64,000 bases of DNA from Thalia democratica. Its lineage: Eukaryota. Below, piece after piece: positions 46,681-60,000 of the stretch. How positions within the stretch are numbered: position 1 is the first letter of the stretch; each line of letters opens with the position of its first letter. The stretch is taken from the NCBI GenBank assembly GCA_965202585.1, contig OZ241830.1, positions 80,910,001 through 80,974,000 of the forward strand, given 5' to 3'. The notes beneath the pieces were generated by a model. It worked only from the letters and a program-made list of their open reading frames with translations, had not been told where the DNA came from and made no database searches. The position numbers and the translations under genes are program-made.

Positions 46681-48340
46681 TGGTGGATTTGATAAATGTA
46701 ACTTTCCAAGTTCTCTATTTGTTTGGAAAACTTGGGCGGCATGGAGACACACCTTGTTAAAAATTTTGTAACTCATATCAAAAGTTAGCTTTAAAAAGTT
46801 GGATGGCTATGTGGATAATGTACCAAAATATTTATCCAAAGTGTTTATTATTCATTGCTAAGATATACAACTAGGAAATAGTTTGAGAAGGTCTAGTTGA
46901 GAGCTAACCTCAATAAAAATAAAGTGTAAAAATGGGAGTGTTACATTGTGAGTAAAGTAAGAAAGTGCTCTAAGTTCAGTGACTAGAAATTTAGAGTCAA
47001 GCAGTAGTTTGGCGACTTACTCATGCTGGTTGCAAAGATGTGTTTCATTTATAAGCATTCAAATAAATTGCAAAACAATTACTTTGCAATTGAAATGACA
47101 TAACATTAGTAATATCTTTCTGGTTGACTAACTCAACACAATTGACATTCAAAATCAAAGAAACTAAAAGTAAAAACAGCAGAAGAGTTTGATTTTTATA
47201 TTAGAAAAAAGTACCATTTTACAGACAAAGTTTGCATGTTTTATGTGATTATGACGTCATAATATATCTAAAGCAGTTGAAATGTCTTTGGTGGTATGCA
47301 TGTAGTTGTAAGCTTTTATTAAATATATACAAACTACAAGTCAAGGACATATATAAGTTATATAATTATTATTATTATTAAAATTATTATAAAAAAGTAA
47401 TTTTTGGGGTGTAAACTTTTTTTTTGAATTTTATATTAACTTTTTTGAAATTATTTTTAATGAAGCCAAAACACATCCAAAACATATGCTTAAAAATGTC
47501 CAGCAAACATCACCCAAGTATTCCCTAAATCTTTAAAATGATAAAATTTAGATTATATAAGAAAAATATATACACAATAAAAAATCCTTAGAAATAACAG
47601 ATTTAAAGTACTATTACAATATATTAGTAGTACTTTTTTATACTATTAAATACATTTTCCTACATTATATTTAATTTGATTGAAAAAATTGAAAAAATTT
47701 GTACTTTTAGTACCTGGAAGAAATTGCTAAAAAATCAGTGGCCACACTGATTAAAATTAATGATTAATTTTCATTGTAAATTTACAATTTTGTGTTTCAA
47801 AGCTGCTAAGTCTTTAAAAACACATTTTTAATATGTATTTTTCCATTATAGTTGTTTTAATTTTAATACTTGAATAGCAATTGAAATTTTTGTATTTTGA
47901 AGTAATACAGTAACATACAGAATTTACATTAAACTGAATTTCTCTAGATTTTGCTGTTTTAATTTTACTTTTTATTAATACTTTTACTATTACTGATTTT
48001 ATGTTTTGAAAATTTTAATTATAGTATTCTAGTTGTATTTCAATAAGATGTTTTGTGAAGCTTTAGGTTACTTTACTTTATAAAACTTGATGGGAAATAT
48101 ATTTTTGATAGTTTATTTTAACTTTAAAAAAAGTTTACTCAAAATAACACTTGTTTATATATAAAAAATTTGTACAGATTTGACACATTTATAATTTTAA
48201 TATTTTTGTCTTATATATAGATAGTAAATAACAAAAGCTTTGATATAATAGTCACTGTTAGTGTTTGTGAGTATAGCTTTAAACTTACTCAAAATTTATA
48301 TTTGATGATATATACATTTCCAGTTAAGTAGTAATTAAAA

Positions 48341-51300
48341 ATGAAAGAGTTAAGCGAAGATTTTCATTTCTGCAAAGAACAGCCACCTCAGTCTTTCTAT
48401 GAAAATTTGCAATTGACCAACAGACTTTCTGAAGAGGTTTTGACATGTTATACATATTAAAATTTAAAATTTATGCAAAAATTAGATTTTATTTTTTTCT
48501 ACATTAAAACTAAGCAAAGTTCTTCTTTAATTTTCTTTCAGCATTTGTATTAAATTAGCTTATATTAATTCAAATGTGTAGAGTTAAATAAACTATAATC
48601 ACATTTTAAAACATATTTTAGAAAAAGTCACAATTTTTTTTGCATAATTATAGCATAGATAAAACTAGCTTTTTCAATCGTTTAAGGGCATGGAGGTGAT
48701 GAAACACTTTTTTCACAATTTGATCTTATTTTATAATGTTTTTACCAAGCTACAAAATGTTTTTTACAAGTTTCAAAAATTCTAAATAATTTTTGAGATA
48801 TAACTGGTCAAAGTCAGATGCAACAATAGGTTCCTTATGGTAGTTGCAAACTAAAACAGCAAATAGTTAGAAATCACTAAAAATTTATCTATCCTACGTT
48901 TTTTGAGATAACTACCTAAAATTTTCAAGAAATGCTCCTTGCAATATTTAGAAAATTCTGTCTGAACAAAATTAAAAAAAAAATTATAACACTATAAAGA
49001 ACACTTCCTGAAATTTTGAGGTAGTTATCTCAAAAAATGCAGGAGAAGATAGATTTTTAATAAAATAGTCTATATTGCCGTTTTTTTTTATTTGCGCTTC
49101 CCATAAGGAACCTATTGTTGCCTCCGAATTTGACCGGCTATATCTCAAAAATTATTTTGAGATTTTTGAACTTGTGAAAAGAATCTTGTAGCTTAGTAAA
49201 AACTGTATTGAATAAGATCAAATTGTGAACAAAAAGTTTCAACCCCCCTTTATGCCTTTAATTTAATCTTAAAACTTTAATAGTACACAAGCTTGAGTCT
49301 ATAGGGGGTTAGGCACTTTTTTATGTTTTGATTAATTAATTAAAGAATATAATTTAATTTTCATATAAGGGCCTATGCCAGTTTTTTTGTAAAAAAATCT
49401 TGGAAGTTTAGGACTACGGCCTTAATTTTGTAAGCGAACATTTTTATGAGGTAAAACAAAATACTAATATATGTATTTATCCAGCAATACCAGCAACTAT
49501 TGGAAACAGTGTTTGGTTTCCTGAGCAAGCCAGTCAGTGCCGATGAGTTTAACAGGAAAGTTGAGGCTTTCACTTCAAAACACAGCATTAAGCTGAATCC
49601 TGTTAAAGAGATGATTAAAACCATACTAATTATCGTAAAAGGTAAGAAAGTTAATTATATAAAGGCTTTTAAAATTGGAGTTCCAATAATTTTGTTCTAT
49701 TTGTATTTTTCTTCTATTTGTACTCAGGAGCCATGGGGGTTGTCTTATTTTTAGATAAAAAACAAAGCTACCAGTTAGTTTTTACAGTTTTTAATAATTC
49801 AAAACAATTTAAAAATCAAAAATTATTTTGAAGCCGCTAATCTTCAGGACAAAAAAGTATTTCATTAAAAACTTGTTTCCTCCTATAGTTTTTGAGCAAC
49901 TGTTTTAAAATTTTCTCAGTCTACTCTTTTTAAACTTTAAACAACCTGTAAAAAACAAGTTTTTTTTTTTAATTATAACTATAAACAATTTTTTTTTTGG
50001 TCAACAATTTTTTGATAATTTCTAAAAATAAATCTGCTACCTATAAGTTGTTTGTTATAATAAAAATAATATTTCCCATAATTTTATAGTAAAATACCTT
50101 AAAAATTAATAAGATAGATTTTTAGTAATATTTTTAAAACGTAGAGAAAACTGCCCATGATTTTTATATCATTGTATCAGAAAGTTAATAGAACAGAACT
50201 GTTAATATCTAAAAAATTAATTAAGTTTTTTTTGTTCTTAGAAAGTATTTTATAGTTGTAGAATTATTGAACTATAGCTCATTTTGTTATATATCAATGT
50301 TTATACTAGATATATGTGTTTATATTTGTACTTCTTAACATTTAAAAATTTCATTACTAACGAAGTACTAAAACCCAAATTGTTTTTCTTCAATAGTATA
50401 TACTTTAAATTAGGCTGTCAAATACGAGCCAATGTTAATTATTGTGTAACAAATATTGGACCCCCACTATTTCCTTATTCTTAAACATTTCAATGACTGT
50501 GAGGTCTTTTTGTACTCTAGGTGCTTAGACCATTTTTTTACAGGATATTCTTGCGTTCCATAAACTTAAATCAGGTTTGCCAAAAAACCTGTAATCCTGG
50601 AAAACTTGGAATTTGAAAAAAAAACTGGAATTTTGAACAAAAAATACCAAAAAGTTCCAAACTTTAAACAACTTTTACATGTTAAGTAGTAAAATTTTGA
50701 TTTGATACAATAAATCTATCATATGGATAGAATTTTTGTCATCATCAATTTATTTTATTTGAAAAACATTTAAATATTTGTAGATGGTACATACTATAAT
50801 TTTTTAGTCTAACTGTACTATGTGTTTAAACTTTCATACGATATATTACATTTTTATATTTTTTTTTACCTTTCATCTTCCTCTAATAAAATTAAATAAA
50901 ACTTCTAAGCAAGAATTTTTAATTTAAACTTTTATACGCAATAAGGTAAACGTATGTTTTTTTTATTTTTATACGCTTTTAAACACAATATATTTCACCA
51001 AAATATTTCAACCAGAAGCCACTAGACGGCGCCTCACACCGGGCCAACTGTTCGGCGACCTGCAAAAACTCCAGCAGGATCCCGGCAAGGCGTCCAAGCT
51101 GACCCGGATGTGGGGAAAGAGTGTGGGTGGCGGGGAAGCACCCGAAGAAGGGAAAGTCCTCGATGCAAGCTTGTTGGCGAAGAGGCTGGTCAACTTGGAG
51201 TGGAAGTTCGCGGTGACGAGTAGCAACAGTGAAATTAACCGAGTTGGAAATTGTTTCATTCAAGTTTGTTTGTTATACTAAATTATATTTCTATTTATAC

Positions 51301-53305
51301 TGAATATTAATCTCTTTTATATTGAAATTTACCAAGTTGGTAGTTGTTTTATTGAAGTTTGTTTTATTTTTACATGTATTTATTAAAAAAAAATATTTTG
51401 GTGTTTACAACCATACTTTTGTTTAGTTTTGCCAGATATTAATTATTCTTATAATTAATTTCTGAGATGGAAATTGTTTCAACCTAATTTGGTTAAAGTT
51501 TTTTGTTATTTGAACTGTGTCTAAGGTAGTTTTTATTTCAATATAATATTTTTGTATTACACACGGTTGCTACTTTACCTGGAATCCTAGAAAAATCTGG
51601 AATTAGACAATTTAGGCAAAAATAACCTGGAAAAACCTGGGAATATTTGGAATGTTAACAATTTTCACATGTTCAGTAGAAAAATTTCGATTTGACTCAA
51701 AAAATCTACCATATAGATAAAAAAAATTTGTCATCATTAAATTTTTTTTTTATTAAAAAGGTATTTAAAGTAGCTTTACAGTATCTTTTCAATGTTTTTA
51801 TATTTTGTAACACTGTTTCTTACCTTAAACTTAAACTAAAAATAGACCCAAAATTGTGTGCTTTAAAAAACCTGGAAGAAATTTAGAAAACCTAGAAAAA
51901 GTTTTTAAAAAACGAGTGGCAACCCTGATTACATATTAAAAATTCACATAGTGTGATATTTCGTTCAAATCGTTTTTTTATGTGTTAATTTAATGTTGTT
52001 GTTTCATTTTGCTTGTTATTTAGTTTTTCCCGACATTAGATATTCAAAATTGAAAATCACCAAGTTAGAAATTTTTCAATGAACTTTTTTTTTGACATAT
52101 GTTTATATGAATTTTTTTTTTGATGACTTTAACCTTATTTTTATTGTTTATATAGATTATTAGTTGTTAAATAGGTTAGTTGTTAAATAAAATTAGTTGT
52201 TAAATAAAGAAGTTTGTTGAATAGGAAATTGTTTCACTCAAGTTTGTTTTTAAGGCCATAGGGGGGGGTCCAACATTTTTTTTTACTAAAATTAACTTTG
52301 GCTTTTATATGAAAGCTTAAAGTACAAACTATAAGCCAGTTTTTATAGAATTCAAAAATATCATTTAACTTTTGAGATATTTAACTTTTTGTAAAAATTT
52401 TCCAGTATAAACGTATGGACCGCAAATTTTTCAGGGTCAATTTTCTCGGAAATTTTAAAATTCACTAAAAACCTATCTCCTCCTTCATTTTTTGACCTAG
52501 AGACTTCAAATTTTCAGGAAATGTTCCTTTTAATATTTTGAAGAATCCTACTGTTGGAATTTTTGAAATTTTAAAAAATAAAAATTTTATCCTCAAAAAA
52601 CTAAAAAAAAGGGTAGTTTTTTGACAATAATTTTTTTTTTACTCAAAATTAAAAAAATTCCTACAATAGATCTCTTTAAAGTTTAATGATACACATTCTG
52701 TAAAAATTTGAGAAAGATTACTCAAAAAATGAAGGAGGAGATAGATTTTTAGTGAAATAGTCTTTTTTCGCATTTTTAGTTTTCGCCTTCCATATAGAAC
52801 CTGTTTAACGCCCTTTCTTTGATCGCTTATATCTCAAAAATTACTTTGAGTTTTTTTAAGCGGTTAAAAGTGTCTGATAGCTCAGATTAAATTCTACAAA
52901 ATAAGATCAAGTTGTAAAAAACATAGTGGACCCCCCCTATGGCCTTAATTAAAACACAATTTGTTAACAATTTTTAGTTAAAAATTATCCTATTAAAAGG
53001 CCTTAATACAGAAAATATTATTTTTTAAATAGCTTAAAAATTTACAATAATAAATTAATGTTTTTTATAGATCAAAATTATCCTATCAAAATATCTAACC
53101 ACATAGAGTATTCTTTTTGAATTGATGTTCAAATTTATAGTATCAAGTATTTATTTGTATTAAATTAATGTTTTTTCAGATCAAAATGATCCTTTCAAAA
53201 GGCCTAACAACAGAGAGTGTTCTTTTCGAAATGACCTTACACCAATTCTACGATTTTATGCATCAAATGGAAAAAGCAAAACTAGAGCTTGATTCCAACG
53301 CTTAG
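48341..53305 (+). CDS. COMMD7: COMM domain-containing protein 7 (208 aa, 4 coding exons)
   Basis: Exons 48341-48436 (MKELSEDFHFCKEQPPQSFYENLQLTNRLSEE), 49485-49641 (QYQQLLETVFGFLSKPVSADEF...KTILIIVK), 51016-51263 (EATRRRLTPGQLFGDL...RLVNLEWKFAVTSSNSEINRVGNCFIQ), 53180-53305 (IKMILSKGLTTESVLFEMTLHQFYDFMHQMEKAKLELDSNA*). COMM motif L...EWKF.VT.S.SE...VG..F.Q...E.TL.QFY.F.H.ME matches the human COMMD7 sequence as recalled. GT-AG, phases consistent. Confidence 0.93.
48686..49257. mobile_element. Kolobok-type non-autonomous element in COMMD7 intron 1
   Basis: TTAA on both flanks; degenerate TIRs gggcatggagg / cctttatgcct; internal blocks shared with 52254-52944 (gatagatttt, ccata.aga/ggaacct, tatatctcaaaaatta). 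Confidence 0.65.
51562..51927. mobile_element. CAGGGTTGCC-TIR MITE in COMMD7 intron 3
   Basis: cacggttgc ... gtggcaaccctg; attaca on both flanks (6 bp). A related left-end fragment starts at 50572. Confidence 0.75.
52254..52944. mobile_element. Kolobok-type non-autonomous element (691 bp) in COMMD7 intron 3
   Basis: TIRs ggccataggggggggtcc / ggaccccccctatggcc flanked by TTAA on both sides; purine-purine termini with TTAA TSD fit Kolobok rather than piggyBac. Confidence 0.85.
52978..53125 (+). pseudogene. Two tandem stop-containing copies of the start of the COMMD7 last exon
   Basis: 52978-53028 (after tttttag) LKIILLKGLNTENIIF*; 53071-53106 (after ttttttatag) IKIILSKYLTT*; compare functional IKMILSKGLTTESVLFE at 53180. 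Confidence 0.8.
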
Positions 53306-55136
53306 TTATTTTTCTGATATAATCTTAACATTTTATTTCTTCCCTTTTGAGAACTATAAAAGTTTTAAATTTTAAACTAAATTATACTAAAGCATCATTT
53401 TTATTGGTCAAATTGAGGATTAAATAGTGGAAAAAAAAGGCCATATTCGGTTCACATTTTGTGCAAATTTGATCTTATTTGTAAATTTTAATCGCAGATA
53501 AACTTTAAAGCTTGGCATAATTAAAACTAGCTTTGAGGTAACAGAACTGTTAAAGAAATTTTCAAAAATATATAAGTTAAACTGTTTAAAAGTTTCTTGA
53601 GCAAGGTTTAAGTAGAGTAATAGAGAAGTAAATATTAAAAATTTCACTTGTAAAACTGCTCTATCTTAAGAATATATTTTTAAATTTGTCGCAAAATTTC
53701 TTACTTTTAAGTCTTTAGTTCTAGATTAGAATTATGTTAAAATACTTAAGAGATATATTCATGTATGTAAAGATTTTTTTTTTGAAAAATAAAAGGGGAA
53801 GATAAAGTTCTTCAAATTATAAAAAATATTTTCACAAAACTAATTTTTTTCAAACATTATTGTTCCTAATTTGTTTATAGTCTATATATACCAACAATTA
53901 CTACTTTAAATTATAATGTCAAAAAAAAATTGGTATCCTCTTTGGCCTTAAAATAATTTTTTTAACATTCTTAACAAAAGAAAGCCGTATTTTTGCATTG
54001 AAAATGTTTTAAATAAAGGACGTAAGCTTTGCAACTAAAGTGTTTTGGTTATTGTTTCATTAGAAAGCTATTTAAGGGCTATTTTTTAGCTTTTTTGTAT
54101 TTTTTTAATGACTTAATAATTTGATTTACTTAAAAACATACTTTAAAATATTTTTCTTTCTTATTTAAAATCTTTTATTTTAATTTATATACTTTTATTC
54201 TTTTAATGTTTTATTTTATTTGCTTCTAAACTTAACAACTAGTTTTTTATTTCATCAATTATTTTATGTATATTTTTTTTTAGCTGACTTTGTTTTTGTG
54301 CAATCATTTTAATTTTTACAAGTTTTTTTTTCCACGTCTTTGTATATTGTTTTTAAGCTACTATTTTCTCTCATAAACTTCGCAAAATTATTTCTTTTTG
54401 ATTTAAAACGTAATTTACTTGAAAAGGTTTAGAACTTTGTAATTTTATGTTGAAACTGACTACACATAATTGGAAGACAAATGATATGATACAATAGTAT
54501 AGTATTTAATTGTTTTGTAAACATTGTTTACGAATATGTTTATTTACTTAATTTTATAAATTTCAATAAGTCAATTTATTATAACATACAAATGAAAAAT
54601 AAATATAGTGATTATTTGATATAAAAGTAGCAATTAAAAAAAAAAATACTGTTTATAAGTTTGTTAATTTTTTAAAAATACAATATTACCAATGAAAATC
54701 GAAAACAGTATAAAGTTTTTAGTATAAAATCTTTATTTAAACAAATTTGTAAACAGAAAATTAAAAACTGTAGATTTAAACCAAATCACTAAGTTTTTCT
54801 ATTTCGGTGTAAGTCTATTGGTATACTTAATATATTATGTAAAACTTAAATGTTAATTTTGAAAAGGTTGATTTAATAACATTAAATGATTTAATGTATT
54901 TTATAGTCTGTTATAAACAAAATTAGTGGAGCAATATTACTATTATATATAGTGTTTATGTTTTATACTTATTTAGGTATACTTGTTGTGTTTTAGAAAA
55001 TGATTTTTGCAAAAATCTTCATATTTCTTACCTTATACCTTGAGGTTGCTAAAAACAATGTAAATTTTCAGCTATCTCAATACTTTAGTCCTCTTATTAC
55101 TTAACTTTTACAAAACTAAGAATTAAATGTTCAAAT

Positions 55137-55372
55137 CAGGGATGCACAAAGTGGGCCATAAGCTGCAAAAGGTTAAGGGGACGCGACTAGTTAAGGGGCC
55201 ACAAAGTCATAATATAAAACTTACACTAGATATTCTTGAGTTGATGATTGAGAACCCAAAATAAATTTAAGGGTTTTTAAAGGTATTTTTTTAAAAATCT
55301 TGTAAAAGGACCACTATTGCTTTTATAATTTTTTTAAATGGGCAGTTATAGAAAAAAGTTCTGGAAACCCTG
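55137..55372. mobile_element. Degenerate hAT-type MITE related to 10456/15982, opposite orientation
   Basis: cagggatgcaca ... ctggaaaccctg; internal aaacttacactagatattcttgagttg is the reverse complement of the family core. Confidence 0.65.
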
Positions 55373-56544
55373 CTCTAAATACACAAAAAGTTAAAAATTA
55401 TTTCTTAAAGCATGACTTAGAACTTGATAAACCTGAAAACAGTAAACTTAAAGCTTAAATATATTTTAACGTTTTTTATAAAGTTATAAATTCGATTTTA
55501 TATGACCCTTCAAGTTAAGGTATTTTTCATTATTTAGCTTATAAAATATATTTTTAAGAATTCGCTATCTTTTACAATTTAAAACGAAATAGCTTTTATT
55601 CTAGGCTAGTGAGAAGTTAAATAAAAATTAAAGTTAATTTTGTTAACTTGTTTTGTTAAACTGTGATGGATTTTAAATATTGCAGCTGAATAAGTTTCTA
55701 GTGCTTGGTTATTTGAATGTGTATAGATAATCACAAAATGTTGAAAGTAAAATGTTCAGATCAAATAAATTATTGAGAATAATTGAAAATAAACTAAATG
55801 TTGGATGTACTTGTGTAGAACTGGGTTCTTTTTTAAAAATTTTTTCTCATCATGTATTTGAAAAGTATTTGTAATGCCAATTTTTCACTTTACAAACTAC
55901 TCCAAATGCACTATAACTAATGTCAAAACTAAGGACGTCAATATAACGATATACTAAACATTTTCAATGTACGAACATTTTTATGTGATATAGTAAAGTT
56001 TCCATTATGAGGTAAAACAAGTTACTTGAAAATTCAAAGTAATTAATTTTTTATAATTTTTTTAACTTATACTTTTTTCTAAAACTCAGGAATGTTTTTG
56101 GTAAACTGAGTTCAGAATAACACCAAGAAAACTAACTGTTTATTGTTTAGGGTGTAGCATATACATTAGAGAGCTAGTAATACATTTTCTGAAAATTGTG
56201 TCTTGTGGGATAAAACAATTTTTTTAAGGTTTTTGTAATCAGTATGTATTTTGAAACTCATTTATTTTTTGAAAAAGTAGAAATTTTTAAGAACAGAAAA
56301 ATGTTATTTTATTTAGTTTTCATTTAATTTTTGATAAACACCAAAACATATTTAAGAAAGTAATAGAATAATAACTTTAAAAAAAGTATCTTAGGTATTT
56401 TGTTTAATTGTTACAAAAATTATTAGCATTTATGATTTTTTTTACATTGAAAAATATTAGAAATTGCTTGCATCTATCTTCTGAAATACTTAAAACAGAA
56501 AAGAAACAAAACCAGATTTGAAAACAAGAAAACCAGTATAGAAC

Positions 56545-57092
56545 GGGTAGCTTTCAAAACTGCACGAGGGAAAAAAATTATAGAAGATTTTTTTGCACAA
56601 GGGGATGAAATTGCACGAAGAAACTTTTGTACGAAGGGTCACTTTTGCGCGAAGACCTTTTTGCACGAGCAGACAGTTTTGCACAGAGACATTTTGGCAC
56701 GGGTTAATTTTTAAGAATTTAAATATTTTTATTAATTAAAAAATTTTTTTTAAGTTTTTTTTTACTATTACTGTTACCCCTAAACCTTATCCTCGGTCGG
56801 TAACTTTTTTTTTTATATTAATTAATTTTTATAATAATTTTATTAGTTATTGTTTTATTTTTACTATCACTGTTACCCCTAACCCTTATCCTCGGTCAGT
56901 AACTTTTTTCATTTTGTTTTTTTATTAATTTATCTTTTGTTTTTTTTTTGTTTTTATTATAGTTTTTCTGTTTATTTTTCACTTTCGTGCAAAATTGTAA
57001 CTCGTGTAAAATTTACCTTTGGTGCAAAATTGTCTTTGTGTAATTTTGTCCCCTCGTGCAATTTCGTCTTCGTGCAATTTTGACTCGTTCCC
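56545..57092. mobile_element. Mutator/foldback-type MITE (548 bp) with inverted subterminal TGCACGA/TCGTGCA arrays and 9-bp TSD
   Basis: GGG...CCC termini; TSD gtatagaac/atatagaac (8/9); internal duplication of ttactgttacccctaa(a/c)ccttatcctcggtc at about 56767 and 56868. A further array fragment lies at about 57260-57360. Confidence 0.8.
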
Positions 57093-60000
57093 ATATAGAA
57101 CACCTTGTTTGACTTTCACCAAAAAAGTCAGCGGCCCCCTTTTTAGCCGTTTATAGTTTTAAATTTGTTGTTTTATATAAGTTTTTATAATCTTTATTTT
57201 TAACTAAAAAAATAAGTTCATTATGATCTACAGGTATTTTTACTAACTTTAATGTCTGCTCGTGTATAAGTGTCTTCGTGCAGTTTTATCCCCTCGTGCA
57301 AAAGTGTCTTCGTGCAAAAGTTTCTTCGTGCAATTTTGTGCCCTCGTGCAATTTAGCCTGTATTAAGTTGTAAACTTTTCACACTAAATTCAGGTTTTCT
57401 ATCTGATTCTTTAATTTATTTATAAGCAATTATTGTTTGTAGTTGTACTCAAATAGAAATGTAAAACTTAAAACTTAATTAAGCCAAGTGTGTACCAAGT
57501 TTATTATTTATAAATTAAAAGTTATGTCAATTGCATCAACTACTCAAATTCCAACTTTAAACTTTATATGACAAAAACTAAATTTAAATGTATTTATAAT
57601 AAACTCACTTAAGTTAGTATTACCGCTATTAGCTTTTGATAAAATTCTACTTTTAGTATAACAATTGGTATTGCAGTTTTACAAAACTTCAAATACATCT
57701 TTGAGAGCTAAAGTTTGAAAAAAAAAACTTCAAATTACGCAAGATTTTAGTAATTATACAACTTCTTTAGTTGTGATATTAAGAATTAAAAAAGTTCATC
57801 TTTAATAAAAAAAAAGTTTTCCAATTTTTTTCTTTGAGCTTTTAATTTCTTGATATAAGGACAAAAGTTTTCTTATGGCTTTTTGTTTGTCAGAAAGTGA
57901 TTCGAAATACTATTATTTTCGAATTTCAATTGTTGATGAATTATTAGTACTTTATTGAAAAAGTATTTAGTTGAATTAGGCTATCTTTATATTTTATAAA
58001 AATCTTCTACTGTACCTAATTGTGGCTAGTTCATACTAATTAAAGCTCTCAAAACACTTTTAAAAAACCTTTCTAGTTGTGATTATTTTTAACTATGAAT
58101 GCTTTTAATAATTTTAAACATTTTTAAACATCCTAGCTTTTTGTCTTAGCTTTTTGTAAACACAAATGATTTTATCATTTAGCATTTATACATAAAAAGA
58201 TTAAAAAAAAAGTAATAAACTAAACTTTATTCCGAAACTTACTAATAGATAAAAAATTTGGAGATATTCAAGAATAAATAATTTTATAAGCATTTAATGA
58301 AAAGCCCTAAACATTAAAACTTGTGTTTACTTTAATAAATTTTAGCTGACAATTTAATTAGAGACGAATAAAATCTTGCTATACCTAATAAATTTTTAAC
58401 AATAATTTTTCTTTAGTAATGATTTACTTATATGTTTTACAGAACAATCTAAAAGACTTGTAGTTTTTCGAATTTTAATTGTTGATGAAGTATTAATACT
58501 TTTTGTGTTAATTACTGTTGTACTTCATTTCTTTTTCAAATACTGTGATAATTTTCTCAGAGCTAAAACTGTAATTCACTTTGTTAAGGTAAAGAAGTTT
58601 TTAGAATTAGTAATTGAACACAAAAATATTGTTTAAGTGTTTAAGCCTGCAGGGTCTCATAGAAAATAAAATTTTATGCGAGTTGTGATAGTGTATGTGA
58701 CATATACCAGATATAAACGTTTTCAATTGTTGTTGATTAAAAATATAGTTCTATTGATTTTATGGTCTGTTGAATATTTATTAAAAAACTTAACTTTTTG
58801 TCGAAAATAACATATTTGCTTTCTTGTTTTTTGCAAAGTGTTTGTATACTATATAACTCAACATAATTTTCTAAGGAACAAACAAAATATACTGAAAAGA
58901 GTTATTTTAAAACTACAACAAAAAAAAAAGTTCTTTGCGGGCAAAAAGTACTTTTGCGGGTACTTTAAAGAAAAAAAATAACCGAAAGGTTCCTTCGTAC
59001 ACCAAACTTTTTGTGAGCTTTTCTTTCATCGTTCAATAAACAATATAAGAGCAAGTGTTTATTGGAATAAACATAAAACAGGCACAACAGTTTAATTAAA
59101 AGCAGAAAAAAGACCAAACTCACTTCTTTTTTAGTTATTATTAAGTTAAAACTTGCTGGCAAGGAATTTTTGTTTATCGGTTTTCCGATTCCATCTTAGT
59201 GATTTTATTATAAGTTATTTAATAGTTTTACATACCTAAACTTTTATTTTATATCTTGTATTTTTGTCTAAGTTTTTAATTTCTGTTGGATTAGCAGTCT
59301 TGAAAATAACTATTGTAATGCAACAGTTAATTTTAAAGTTTGTGGATTTATATTTAATTATTTACAAAAAAAAAACACTTAATTTTTTTAAGAGGTAAAA
59401 AAAAATTGTTTATCAAAGACAATATAACCTAATGTAAGAAAATAGAACAGTTTATGTATTCCAATTGTATTTTTAAAACAAAAGTTTTGTATAATTGGTA
59501 AAACTATTACTTCAAAAAAATATATTTATCAAACTTGTATTAAAGTGTTACTAGAATTATTTACAAAGTTGATTTATACAATTCAATACTGTTTAAAAAG
59601 AATCTTTCAAAGTTTTGCAACGCAAGAGTTCCTATAATTTAGTAACTAAGTGAAAGTTTTAATTATTAATTTATATATTTACTAAATAGAAAAACAGTGA
59701 TTACTTAATAGTTTAAAACAAATACAGAGATTTAAGTTTAATGATATAAAAGTTATAAAAAACTTCACAGAAACTTTTTGTTGTACTTCTTAACATTCGC
59801 AATCAATATCAACAACTTATCTATACACTATACACTAACATTCTTTAGTAACTTGGACTATGTTTATTATACTCTGACAACAAAATTTTTGTACTAAACT
59901 TTATTTTAGTAGCGGGTAAAGATTATTCTATTAGTATAAGCTTTGCAAAAACATTTTAATACTTCTACATCTTAAAGTGTAATGATTTAAAGGAATTACT

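Noticed and set aside
50979-51263. Two overlapping minus-strand ORFs (94 and 83 aa)
   Set aside because: Antisense to COMMD7 exon 3, which carries the COMM motif on the plus strand.
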